Shown here piece by piece: positions 1 to 8,537 of a stretch of DNA of 32,000 nucleotides. The DNA comes from Promethearchaeota archaeon (GTDB lineage Archaea; Asgardarchaeota; Hermodarchaeia; Hermodarchaeales; Hermodarchaeaceae): assembly GCA_048938295.1 (NCBI GenBank), contig JBHLMI010000001.1, forward strand, positions 119,449 through 151,448, given 5' to 3'. Made by a program: the position numbers and the translations under genes. Positions within the stretch are counted from its first letter, which is position 1; each line of letters opens with the position of its first letter. Under the pieces are notes generated by a model that made no database searches, was not told the origin of the DNA, and saw nothing but the letters and a program-made list of their open reading frames with translations.

Positions 1-126
1 AAAGCATGCATGGTGTTGCAAACCTTGGGAAAAACGCGGTTCCTCCTTCAGTACCATGGGGTTTGGATATAGGGAGAACACTCCCTACTCGGTTTGTACT
101 TAAGGAATGCAGTGTGGTGAGTCTTA

Positions 127-1356
127 ATGAGACTTCTCTATGGGATTAACACTAACGGGCAGGGGCATATTAACCGTGCTCGTGATGTCATTCGGCAACT
201 CCTGCTCGATGGACATCAAGTTGACTGCTTGTTTAGTGGTCCAACACCACCATTGTATGCGAAATCACTATCCCGTCGCTGGCGGCATATCCCTGGATAT
301 AAAATTAAATTTTCGGGTCATGGAATCAATGTCCCTGAAACACTGTTACAGAATCTGTTACATTTTCGTAACTTTCCCCGGATTTTTGAAAATGTTCGAC
401 GGCTCGTAAAGCTGGAAGATTATGATGCAGTCATTACTGATTTTGAAGGCTTTTCCTGTATGGCTGGACTGGCTACCCAAAAACCAGTCATTTCCGTTGA
501 TCATCAACATTCGTTGATTCATTTCAAACAGGTGCTGCCACCTGTTCAAGTCCACGATTTAATCGTAGGCATGGGCTTGGTTCTGTATTGCACACCACTC
601 TGTCACCATTATTTTGCTATCGACTTCGTCCAAGAATTGCAACGCTCAGGAATTGGTACCCTCTTTCCACTATTTGAGAAATCTGAATTACTCGACTACA
701 CCCCAACTGTGGAAGACCATTATTGTGTGTATCTACCTTATCTTCGGGAACAGCATCTCCTTAAGGTCTTGAAGACGTTCCCCGAGGAGCAGTTCAGAGT
801 CTACGGTTATAACCGAAAAGAAACACATTGTAATATCTCCTTTGAACCTACAGGTCGGCAATCCTTCCTTAAAGACATGGCTTCAAGCAAAGGAGTCCTC
901 ATGCATGCGGGCTTCTCATCTTCCTGGGAGGCTATTCTACTCAAGAAGCACATCTATCTCAATCCTCTCGATAATCACATTGAACAAGCCACCAACGCTC
1001 ACCGACTTGCAAAGATTGATCGGGCCCATGTAGCACCAATTTTAACACATGAAAGTGTTGCCGCCTTTCTCTCCAAGGCTCAAGACCAAGACTACCAAGT
1101 TAATGCAAATTTAACAATCACCCACCCCTCTGTACTCACCAATGCCATCTATGATCGCATTGACGACTTTGAACCCTTCGTCAGCTGGGCGATTGTCCGC
1201 AAACAGCTTAATCGTATTGCTGGAGGCATCAGTAACGGAATGGGTGGAGTTCGAGCCCAGGCTAGCCAAGCTGTTAACCACATTGCCCAACGTGTCAACA
1301 GTCGGTTTCTCAATCGCATAAAATCACCCCCTGAACTCCTTTCCAAACTTACCTGA
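127..1356 (+). CDS. GT-B glycosyltransferase, MJ1255/VC2487-like family
   Basis: N-terminal LYGINTNGQGHINRAR motif; VITDFE, HAGFSSSWEAILLKK and P..NHIEQATNA motifs typical of this family; GGTGA RBS upstream. Confidence 0.85.
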   Translation: MRLLYGINTNGQGHINRARDVIRQLLLDGHQVDCLFSGPTPPLYAKSLSRRWRHIPGYKIKFSGHGINVPETLLQNLLHFRNFPRIFENVRRLVKLEDYDAVITDFEGFSCMAGLATQKPVISVDHQHSLIHFKQVLPPVQVHDLIVGMGLVLYCTPLCHHYFAIDFVQELQRSGIGTLFPLFEKSELLDYTPTVEDHYCVYLPYLREQHLLKVLKTFPEEQFRVYGYNRKETHCNISFEPTGRQSFLKDMASSKGVLMHAGFSSSWEAILLKKHIYLNPLDNHIEQATNAHRLAKIDRAHVAPILTHESVAAFLSKAQDQDYQVNANLTITHPSVLTNAIYDRIDDFEPFVSWAIVRKQLNRIAGGISNGMGGVRAQASQAVNHIAQRVNSRFLNRIKSPPELLSKLT

Positions 1357-1377
1357 AACCAAACCTTTTTCTTCCAA

Positions 1378-1407
1378 TCACCTATGAAGGCATTCCTTCA
1401 CAGGTGA
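1378..1407 (+). promoter_or_regulatory. Inverted repeat covering the RBS of the M29 aminopeptidase
   Basis: TCACCT-A-TGAAGG-CATT-CCTTCA-C-AGGTGA: 12 bp with one mismatch. Confidence 0.5.
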
Positions 1408-1413
1408 AAAATT

Positions 1414-2526
1414 ATGGTTGATGAGCGAATATCACGACTTGCCCAACTAACCATCGAATATTCCCTGGGGGTCAAAAAAGGCGATCTCGTCGGCATCAGC
1501 GCCCCCGCCTTCAGCGAACCTCTCGTCCTTGAACTCACCCGAGAAATCATGAAAGCTGGCGGCCATCCATTTACTCGAATCTATCTCTCACGTGGCCAAG
1601 AACTCTTCTTCAAATACGCCCAAGACCACCAGTTGGATTATGTGAATCCCCTCATTCTTGACATGATTGACAAAATCGACAGCTACATTGTCATCCACTC
1701 ATCGGATAACCGAAAAGCAATGGCAAACGTAGATCCAGCTAAACAAGCTCGTGCTGCCAAAGCCCAAACCGAGCTTCAACAACGCTTCATGGCCCGGCTT
1801 AAGCAAGGCTGGTATGCATTGGTCCCTTACCCAACTGCTAGTCTGGCACAAGAGGGTGTCATGGGCACCGAGGAATACGAAGACTTCGTATACAGTGCTT
1901 GCCTAGTCGACAAACCAAATCCGGTGAAATTGTGGCAAAAACTAAGCAAAACCCAAGCTAAAATCACCAAGTACCTCAACACGAAAAACCTCATCCGGTT
2001 CGAAAGCGCTGACGTTAATCTCACTGCAAAAGTAACCGGTCGAAACTGGGTCAACGCTGATGGCCATCTCAATATGCCTGATGGCGAGGTGTTTACTTCT
2101 CCAATTGAGGATAGTGTCGAAGGCACAATCCGTTTTTCGTATCCAGGGATTTTCATGGGTAAGGAAGTTCAAGACATTTCTCTCACCTTTGAGAAGGGGG
2201 TTGTGACCAAGGCTACTGCTGAAAAGGGTCAGGACCTCCTTGATCATATTCTTGGGATTGATGAGGGTGCGAAACGCTTAGGTGAAATTGCTATAGGTAC
2301 CAATCCTGGGATTACGAAGTTTACGAAAAACATCTTGTTTGACGAGAAACTAACCGGGACCATTCACTGTGCACTTGGCAACGGTTTCGAAGAAAGCGGT
2401 GGGAAGAACGAATCCGCAATTCATTGGGATCTTCTTGCTGATATGACCAAGGATGGCAAGATCCACGCTGACGACGAGCTCTTCTACAAGAATGGCAAAT
2501 TCATCATGAAAGTCATCGAACAGTAG
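1414..2526 (+). CDS. Aminopeptidase, M29 (AmpS/aminopeptidase T) family
   Basis: Motifs NMPDGEVFT, GEIAIGTN, ILFDEK, HCALG, SAIHWD; AGGTGA RBS 6 nt before ATG. Confidence 0.93.
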   Translation: MVDERISRLAQLTIEYSLGVKKGDLVGISAPAFSEPLVLELTREIMKAGGHPFTRIYLSRGQELFFKYAQDHQLDYVNPLILDMIDKIDSYIVIHSSDNRKAMANVDPAKQARAAKAQTELQQRFMARLKQGWYALVPYPTASLAQEGVMGTEEYEDFVYSACLVDKPNPVKLWQKLSKTQAKITKYLNTKNLIRFESADVNLTAKVTGRNWVNADGHLNMPDGEVFTSPIEDSVEGTIRFSYPGIFMGKEVQDISLTFEKGVVTKATAEKGQDLLDHILGIDEGAKRLGEIAIGTNPGITKFTKNILFDEKLTGTIHCALGNGFEESGGKNESAIHWDLLADMTKDGKIHADDELFYKNGKFIMKVIEQ

Positions 2527-2538
2527 ACCTCAGCATAT

Positions 2539-2769
2539 TCATCTCGATGGCACGGTTTCCATCTTGAAAATGACTTTGCATCCTTTGAGCGTAGCATGGA
2601 CTTGGTTTGCGACCTCAATCATGTCCTGTACTGAACCATTCTCATCCCAGTCTATGACGAAATCATAGTTACCGGATACTGGTTGAAAGCCCATTCGCAT
2701 TAATCGTTCAACCACTTCACTCGGGGCAGCGCCTTCACTACTCACGTAAATCTTCAGGTAGCTCTTCAT
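2539..2769 (-). CDS. Small conserved archaeal hypothetical protein, probable ferredoxin-like alpha/beta fold
   Basis: 76 aa with beta-alpha-beta-beta-alpha-beta pattern (LKIYVSSEGAAPSEVVERL..MGF.P..GNYDFVIDW); GGAGG RBS upstream; fills gap between genes. Confidence 0.8.
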   Translation of the reverse strand: MKSYLKIYVSSEGAAPSEVVERLMRMGFQPVSGNYDFVIDWDENGSVQDMIEVANQVHATLKGCKVIFKMETVPSR

Positions 2770-2902
2770 GCTATCGAAGCCTCCAGGACTACCTGAAACC
2801 TGTTCAACAGCTTTTTATCCCTACTCAATGCGGCATCTTAAGAATAGGATTAAACTGAGTGTTTGAAGAAATCCAAAGGCTATATGAACTCAAAGAGTGC
2901 GA

Positions 2903-2920
2903 ATCACCTATCAAGGTGAT
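2903..2920 (+). promoter_or_regulatory. Inverted repeat covering the RBS of the sulfite oxidase-like gene
   Basis: ATCACCT-ATCA-AGGTGAT: 7 bp perfect. Confidence 0.5.
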
Positions 2921-2924
2921 AATC

Positions 2925-3497
2925 ATGTCATACAGGCCACGTCTCCCTCCCGGTCAACGTTGGATTACCGGTTTTCCTGTACGCACTGCTGAACGAATGC
3001 CTGAGCCCTTCGATCCCAAAACATGGACGCTCACTGTAGACGGAGAGGTGGAAAATCCTCACATCTTCTCTTATGAAGAATTTCGAGCATTACCAGTTAT
3101 AACCCAGCTAAGCGATTTCCACTGTGTAGAAACCTGGTCAGTTCCTGATAACAAATGGGAAGGAGTCCAGTTCAAAGAAATCGCAAAAATCGTCAAGCCA
3201 AAACCCTCGGCTACATTCGTGCTGTTCCGCGCCGAACATGAATACACTTCAGGTATTGACTTAGACGTGGCTATTGAAGACGACGTTCTCCTCGCGTGGA
3301 ACCGCAACGATGAACCCCTCCGCGTCGAAGATGGGTGGCCGGTCCGCCTGGTTGTTCCTCGTCTCTATGCCTGGAAAAGTGTAAAGTGGGTCCGCCACAT
3401 CAGCTTCTTCAAAGAGGTCGTCCTCGGCTACTGGGAAAAACGCGGCTACCACCAAGGTGCCGATCCATGGCTCAGTCAACGCTTCTCGAACCAATAG
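2925..3497 (+). CDS. Sulfite oxidase-like molybdopterin oxidoreductase (cytoplasmic, no signal peptide)
   Basis: RLPPGQ, DFHCVETWS (Mo-ligand Cys), GWPVRLVVPRLYAWKSVKW, GYWEKRGYH; start moved from the ORF-track 2859 to ATG 2925, which follows AGGTGAT. Confidence 0.9.
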   Translation: MSYRPRLPPGQRWITGFPVRTAERMPEPFDPKTWTLTVDGEVENPHIFSYEEFRALPVITQLSDFHCVETWSVPDNKWEGVQFKEIAKIVKPKPSATFVLFRAEHEYTSGIDLDVAIEDDVLLAWNRNDEPLRVEDGWPVRLVVPRLYAWKSVKWVRHISFFKEVVLGYWEKRGYHQGADPWLSQRFSNQ

Positions 3498-3504
3498 TGT
3501 CACC

Positions 3505-3537
3505 AAAAAAAGAGATTAAGGCCCTTGCGGGCCTTAA
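3505..3537 (-). terminator. Hairpin plus U-tract, terminator-like
   Basis: Minus strand TTAAGGCCC-GCAA-GGGCCTTAA (9 bp perfect) followed by TCTCTTTTTTT. Confidence 0.55.
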
Positions 3538-3665
3538 GGACTGGGACGAAGAGATTTGTATCTCTTCTGATCCGTTGCGGATCTGGGAGAGCTCAACCTC
3601 CCTATGGTTAATTTGAGTATAAGGGTGGGTACTCCATTGGTATGTGCCCAGATATTATCCTGTTC
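3505..3665 (-). ncRNA. Putative structured non-coding RNA (unassigned family)
   Basis: Hairpins at 3585-3602, 3569-3583, 3548-3567 and 3516-3537 (last has a GCAA tetraloop on the minus strand); closing helix 3541-3547 with 3644-3651; U-tract after the last hairpin; TTTATATG about 25 nt upstream. Confidence 0.45.
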
Positions 3666-3686
3666 TAGGTCTGGATATTATGAGAG

Positions 3687-3694
3687 CATATAAA
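3687..3694. promoter_or_regulatory. TATA-like element (CATATAAA / TTTATATG), possibly bidirectional
   Basis: AT-rich box between the putative minus-strand RNA and the plus-strand MBL gene. Confidence 0.4.
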
Positions 3695-3799
3695 GAAAAG
3701 GGCAAAAATCGTAACCGGTTAGTGGCAAAAGCTTTTGATGGAGGTCAGCGGACAGAGCGCTAGTTACTCCAGCCCAACTCTGAATATCTCCTCGTTATT

Positions 3800-4513
3800 A
3801 TGGCGTTGGTGATTATGGCAGCAAAAATGGTTCATAAAGTGATAGATGATTTCTACTGGATCGTTGCACATGAAGGGCTGCTTCCTGATAGTAATATCTT
3901 CTTAGTCAAAGACGGGGACGAGTTTGTGCTCTTTGATGCAGGGATCCAACATTTCTTCAAAGACACCGTTGCAGCTATCGAAGGGCTCGGATTGAAACTC
4001 AAACAAATGGATCGGCTGATCCTTACCCACACCCATCTGGACCATTCCGGGTCAACCCCTGAGTTCAAGGGACGATTAAAAGACCTTGAAATCTGGGTGT
4101 CTGAAGAGGAAGGCGTTCTATTAGAGAAGGGTGACGATACAATCGTTTTAGGGAGCATGTTGGGCCAAACCTTACCCCCCATCCCAGTAGCAAAGAAACT
4201 CCACGATGGGGATGTCATCAAAGTGGGTGCTTATTCCTTTCAGGTGTTGCTGACACCAGGTCACAGTGCTGGAAGCCTGTGTTTCTTTGAGCCCCAACAT
4301 AAGCTTCTGATTTCTGGCGATGTCGTGTTTCGTCATGGTTCCTTTGGGCGAGTGGACTTCCCCACTGGGAATGGGCTGCTTTTGAAACGATCTATCGAAC
4401 GCCTAGCGGAACTGCCCGTTGATATACTGCTCCCTGGACATATGGGAATTGCCATGAAAGATGGACAGCGCGAAATCAGACTCTCATTACAATTCGCCAG
4501 ACAAGTGCTTTGA
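3800..4513 (+). CDS. MBL-fold metallo-hydrolase (glyoxalase II-like)
   Basis: THTHLDHSG, TPGHSAGS, LISGD, LPGH motifs; true start may be ATG 3815 or 3827. Confidence 0.9.
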   Translation: MALVIMAAKMVHKVIDDFYWIVAHEGLLPDSNIFLVKDGDEFVLFDAGIQHFFKDTVAAIEGLGLKLKQMDRLILTHTHLDHSGSTPEFKGRLKDLEIWVSEEEGVLLEKGDDTIVLGSMLGQTLPPIPVAKKLHDGDVIKVGAYSFQVLLTPGHSAGSLCFFEPQHKLLISGDVVFRHGSFGRVDFPTGNGLLLKRSIERLAELPVDILLPGHMGIAMKDGQREIRLSLQFARQVL

Positions 4514-4572
4514 CAGCATCTGATTGAATACAGCAACAGCTTTAATTCCAAAAGCAAAGGTATGCGGACGTT

Positions 4573-5382
4573 ATGGTACTAGCAATCGGAGAGAACCGCA
4601 GCCGCATAGTCGCCTATCTTGCACTCTTCATTGCATTAGTCACCGTCTTTGATATAATTCCCATGCCCCCCGTATTCTATGGTGGTATCTGGGACTCTTG
4701 GATTTTTCTCCTTGCTCCACTCATCGGTGTTTTACTTGGTCCACTCTTAGGTCTAACTGCTATTGGACTAGGCAGTTTGTTGGGTCATATTATCTATTTT
4801 CGTAACCCCTTTGAGCTTCTCTTCATGTTTGGTGCCGCAGTGGGAACTGCCTGCTCTGCTCTCATCTTTCAACGTCGATGGAAACCTGTACTCGTCATTT
4901 ACACCGTATTACTCGCCACGTATTTTCTGTTCCCAGTGACATGGCTGTTACCACTGATCGGAATCTGGGATATTCTCCTAGCTTATGGGCTTCTCCTTCT
5001 CTTCTCACTGCTTATCAGTCGTGAGTGGTGGCCAAAAAATCGCCAACCCAGTGTGTGGCTTCTACTCCTATTTTCCTCCATTATCGGACTAGAGGCTGAC
5101 ATACTTTTCCGGGTCTTTCTTCTTGTTCCCGGACAGACCTATTGGCTCTTTTATGGATTAACCCCTGAGGCGCTCTATTGGCTGTGGCTTACCGCAGGGA
5201 TTGTCACACCGACAAAGGTTGCAATCGGAGCCTTGTTTACTGTGACTGTGGGATTCAGTCTTCTTCACCTTCTTCCACGAACCGACATTCCGCTAATCGA
5301 AGAGTATGCACTATTCTACCCCTCCCATGCTTCTAGTGGAGAAGAACAAAAGAACAGAAGGTTTTTACCTACAAATTCCTAG
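4573..5382 (+). CDS. Integral membrane protein, ECF-transporter S-component-like
   Basis: About 7-8 hydrophobic segments; N-terminal ..LAPLIGVLLGPLLG.. pattern resembles ECF S components; substrate unknown. Confidence 0.55.
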   Translation: MVLAIGENRSRIVAYLALFIALVTVFDIIPMPPVFYGGIWDSWIFLLAPLIGVLLGPLLGLTAIGLGSLLGHIIYFRNPFELLFMFGAAVGTACSALIFQRRWKPVLVIYTVLLATYFLFPVTWLLPLIGIWDILLAYGLLLLFSLLISREWWPKNRQPSVWLLLLFSSIIGLEADILFRVFLLVPGQTYWLFYGLTPEALYWLWLTAGIVTPTKVAIGALFTVTVGFSLLHLLPRTDIPLIEEYALFYPSHASSGEEQKNRRFLPTNS

Positions 5383-5425
5383 CCTGAAGGCAATCTCAGA
5401 TTCACCAGTATCGAGGTAGACGGAA

Positions 5426-7033
5426 ATGGCAAAATTACCTAAACTAGATACTAAAATTAAGTCAGTTACAATTTATCGTAATGGTGCTAAAATCGAACGG
5501 ACCGGATCAATAGAACTCAATCCTGGTACCCACAAACTCGAAATCGCCAACCTCACTCGATTTTTAGATAAGGAAAGTGTTCGAGTTTCAGGTCGTGGTT
5601 ATGCCACTATCGTAAGCTTCGACGCAATTGACACCACCGTCGAAGTGAGTGGCTATTCAAAACTTGATGACCTCATCAAGAAACGTGAGGATTTACAAAA
5701 GCAATTAACCAAATATCAAAGCGAACTCGAACGTGTTAGCAAACGTATGAATTTCTATACGCAAGTGCTAGACAACTCTGCCGCTGAATTTTCCCGGTGG
5801 ATTCCAGCTGGAGAAAGTGATGTAGACCGACTCAGCTCATTGGAAGCCCTAGTGACAACACAACTCGATAATTTACATACACTCCAAATTAAACTGCGCA
5901 ACGACATCGAAAAGGTGCAAAAAGAGATTGCGATTCTCAACAGAGAAATCGACAAATTTCGCAGCGAAGTCAACCAATACGAAATCACCAATAGCGTCCT
6001 TGTTAACGTTGAAGCGCATAAACTTGGAAAATGTGAATTCACCCTCTCCTATTTCGTAAATAACGCCTACTGGAAACCAACATACGACTTCATCCTCTCT
6101 GAAGAAACAACTGATGTGACAATGTACACCGTGGTCCAGAATAACACTCAAGAGGATTGGGACAAGGTCAATCTTACAGTCTCCACAGCCTCTCAACGCA
6201 CAGCAACTATCTCAGAACCCTCTCCATACTATATCTCGGTTTACGCTCCTCCACCTCCTCGTGCCCGAAGGACTATGGCTAAGGAGATGAAGATGGCAGC
6301 ACCCACTGCTTCTGGGGCCGCAAGGGATGAAGCTGAACTTGAAGAGTTTGCAATAGCTGCAGAAGAACCCCTCCCAGACATGGTTCCACAACCTGTTACT
6401 GCAACAGCCATGGAAGTTGGTGGGGTTTATGTCTTCATGCTTCCTGACCCGGTCAAGGTCCCTGCTGATGGCGAACCCCATGCCTTCCCAACCAGTCGCA
6501 TCCAACTGGAAGCTGACCGGAAATTTTTCTGGAATGCAGTAGATTTCGCCGAAGCGATTGAAGTAACCACTATAGAAAATGGGGACAGCGTCTTACTCCC
6601 CGGAAGAGCACGCATCTATTTCCAAGATGAGTATCTAGGCGAAACGCATCTAAACCTCATTGCACCTCATGAAAAAGTCGATGTAGGCATGCGGTTCTCA
6701 TACGAACTCAAAGTAGAGAAAAAGCTGGTGTCCAAAAGCACTGAAAAGAAAGGTCTCCTCAAAGGGAATGTAGCCCGTGAATACGCTTATGAATTGACCA
6801 TCAAGAACTTCCGAAAGAAAAAGAGCGAAGTCAAGATCATGGATCGGACTCCCCATAGTGACTCAGAAATTATCAAAGTCGAAGATCGGAAATTCTCCCC
6901 CGCGCCAGCGAAAGATGAGTTAGGCGTCCTCACTTGGGAGATTGAAATTCCCAAAGAAGACGAAGCAAAAATCACTTACTCATTCCTTGTCGAATATCCC
7001 CGTGGCCAAAGAATCCATCCACCCCTACCTTAA
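5426..7033 (+). CDS. DUF4140/DUF4139 (MuiA-like) protein
   Basis: N-terminal IKSVTIYRNGAKIER, coiled coil, SYFVNNAYWKPTYD, QNNTQEDW..V.LTVST, LLPGRARIY. Confidence 0.88.
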   Translation: MAKLPKLDTKIKSVTIYRNGAKIERTGSIELNPGTHKLEIANLTRFLDKESVRVSGRGYATIVSFDAIDTTVEVSGYSKLDDLIKKREDLQKQLTKYQSELERVSKRMNFYTQVLDNSAAEFSRWIPAGESDVDRLSSLEALVTTQLDNLHTLQIKLRNDIEKVQKEIAILNREIDKFRSEVNQYEITNSVLVNVEAHKLGKCEFTLSYFVNNAYWKPTYDFILSEETTDVTMYTVVQNNTQEDWDKVNLTVSTASQRTATISEPSPYYISVYAPPPPRARRTMAKEMKMAAPTASGAARDEAELEEFAIAAEEPLPDMVPQPVTATAMEVGGVYVFMLPDPVKVPADGEPHAFPTSRIQLEADRKFFWNAVDFAEAIEVTTIENGDSVLLPGRARIYFQDEYLGETHLNLIAPHEKVDVGMRFSYELKVEKKLVSKSTEKKGLLKGNVAREYAYELTIKNFRKKKSEVKIMDRTPHSDSEIIKVEDRKFSPAPAKDELGVLTWEIEIPKEDEAKITYSFLVEYPRGQRIHPPLP

Positions 7034-7055
7034 CTGAACCTCTGTGGTTGCATAA

Positions 7056-7658
7056 ATGGCACGCCCTCGTAAAACAGTGAAAACCACAAAATACTCCGAA
7101 GTTTCAGAACGAACACAACACTATATTCTGAAACCTTTTCTCCATCCAAATGGATGGAAACTGGAGGTTAGGGAGGGTAATGGACTTCTCCTTTTCACCG
7201 TTCTCAAACATCCAACGACACCACCTCAGTTCAAGCTTCTTCCTGCAAATAAGCAAAAGATCGGTTCACTGCGAATCAAGACTACAGTTGTAAGAGATGT
7301 ACTCCGCTACACACTGCGTCAGGGCAAACAAGAGTTACTATCTATTCTACAAGCCCTGAATTCTCCGCTAGTTTCTGTGCGAAATCAACAACATGAGACG
7401 ATTGCTCGATTTTCAACTCTAAGCCCAGAGATCGTTCTGCTTCGAGCTATACGCGGTTCAGTTGCCCATCTTCGGTTCAAGGAAAAACCTGAGCCGTTTG
7501 GATTCCAAATTGAATGCGATGCCCAACCTCTCAATCAATGGCTTTACGCGATTATTCTCTATGCGGTTGCTCGAATCGAATCATATGAACCGAATTCGCA
7601 TCTTGAGGAAAAAACACAGCAAGATGAAGACGTAACTGCTGAGAATGTCAAACAGTAA
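7056..7658 (+). CDS. Hypothetical protein, possible LURP1/tubby-C/scramblase-like beta-barrel
   Basis: Series of short amphipathic beta strands ending in a hydrophobic helix (QWLYAIILYAVARIE); fold call is inference. Confidence 0.55.
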   Translation: MARPRKTVKTTKYSEVSERTQHYILKPFLHPNGWKLEVREGNGLLLFTVLKHPTTPPQFKLLPANKQKIGSLRIKTTVVRDVLRYTLRQGKQELLSILQALNSPLVSVRNQQHETIARFSTLSPEIVLLRAIRGSVAHLRFKEKPEPFGFQIECDAQPLNQWLYAIILYAVARIESYEPNSHLEEKTQQDEDVTAENVKQ

Positions 7659-7739
7659 TTCCCTAATCTTTTAGAATAGGAACTACCCATTCTCTGCAGA
7701 GTCAGTCAACTCCCAATAGCCCGGAAGTGTCATCTCTTC

Positions 7740-8510
7740 ATGCAAATCGAAGTATTAGGAAGCTCCTCATTTATTCCCACAATCAAAGGGAGTTGGTCAA
7801 GCTTCCTAATTAACCTCGGAAACGGGGACCGCATTCTCATCGATGCAGGAACCCGGCGTCTTCTTGGATTACGAAAAGACGTACTCGCAGTAAACCACAT
7901 CTTCATCACCCACAGACACTCCGATCACATAATGTTCCTCGGGGCACTCTTACAACGGATGAAGCGCAACAACCGGAACAAACCCCTTACAATCTATTGT
8001 CCAGTCAACGCGTTTTACCACATTATAGGATTCATCCGATTCTATAATCCCAAAGGCATTCCCGAGTTTGTTAATTTCGAAACCTTCACACCGGATGAAC
8101 CCGAGCATATAGTCACACTCCCCAAATCCAAAACTGAAATATGGGCGGCTGCCGCCTGTCACACCACCATGGCTGCAGGTTATAGTATCCTCCAAGGGGA
8201 TACCAAAGTGGTCATTGTGCCGGATACGACCCCAAACTGTAAGACATTGTTGGCTCTAGCTAAGGGCGCTCGGGCTCTATTCCATGATAGCACGTTTCCC
8301 ACAGCCGTGCACCACTTTGCAGTGGCAAAAGGGCATTCTAGTCCAGAAGGGGCAGGAATGGATGCCGCGAAGGCAGAGGTTCAAACCTTAGTGTTAATTC
8401 ACACTAGTAGAGCACGCTACCGTGATGCTCAAAATCTGTTAATAGGCGCCGCAAAATACTTCGATGGCGAAATCCATGTGGGCGAGGATAAGTCGACATT
8501 CACCTTTTAA
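7740..8510 (+). CDS. rnz: Ribonuclease Z-like MBL hydrolase
   Basis: LIDAG, THRHSDH, HDSTF (HEAT-like), GHSSP (HST-like), LIHTSRARY motifs; lacks the exosite arm. Confidence 0.7.
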   Translation: MQIEVLGSSSFIPTIKGSWSSFLINLGNGDRILIDAGTRRLLGLRKDVLAVNHIFITHRHSDHIMFLGALLQRMKRNNRNKPLTIYCPVNAFYHIIGFIRFYNPKGIPEFVNFETFTPDEPEHIVTLPKSKTEIWAAAACHTTMAAGYSILQGDTKVVIVPDTTPNCKTLLALAKGARALFHDSTFPTAVHHFAVAKGHSSPEGAGMDAAKAEVQTLVLIHTSRARYRDAQNLLIGAAKYFDGEIHVGEDKSTFTF

Positions 8511-8537
8511 ATCGTTGAAGGTTGAATTGACTACCTG

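Noticed and set aside
1-149. Open frame from 3 to 149 (possible 3' end of an upstream gene) and hairpin TAGGGAG-AACA-CTCCCTA at 70-87
   Set aside because: Too little context to assign a frame; the hairpin shares only an 8-mer (ATAGGGAG) with the ncRNA stem, compatible with chance
3335-3616. 93-aa ORF crossing the hairpin cluster
   Set aside because: Overlaps the oxidoreductase in another frame, has no RBS or motif, and does not explain the perfect stems
3606-3635. Mini-ORF MEYPPLYSN inside the putative ncRNA (minus strand)
   Set aside because: 9 codons with no RBS; no evidence of a leader peptide
3500-3800. Possible tRNA, SRP RNA, RNase P RNA, 5S rRNA, CRISPR array or known riboswitch
   Set aside because: No T-loop GTTCGA, SRP helix-8, GAGGAAAGTCC, repeat-spacer periodicity or convincing fluoride/Moco riboswitch core
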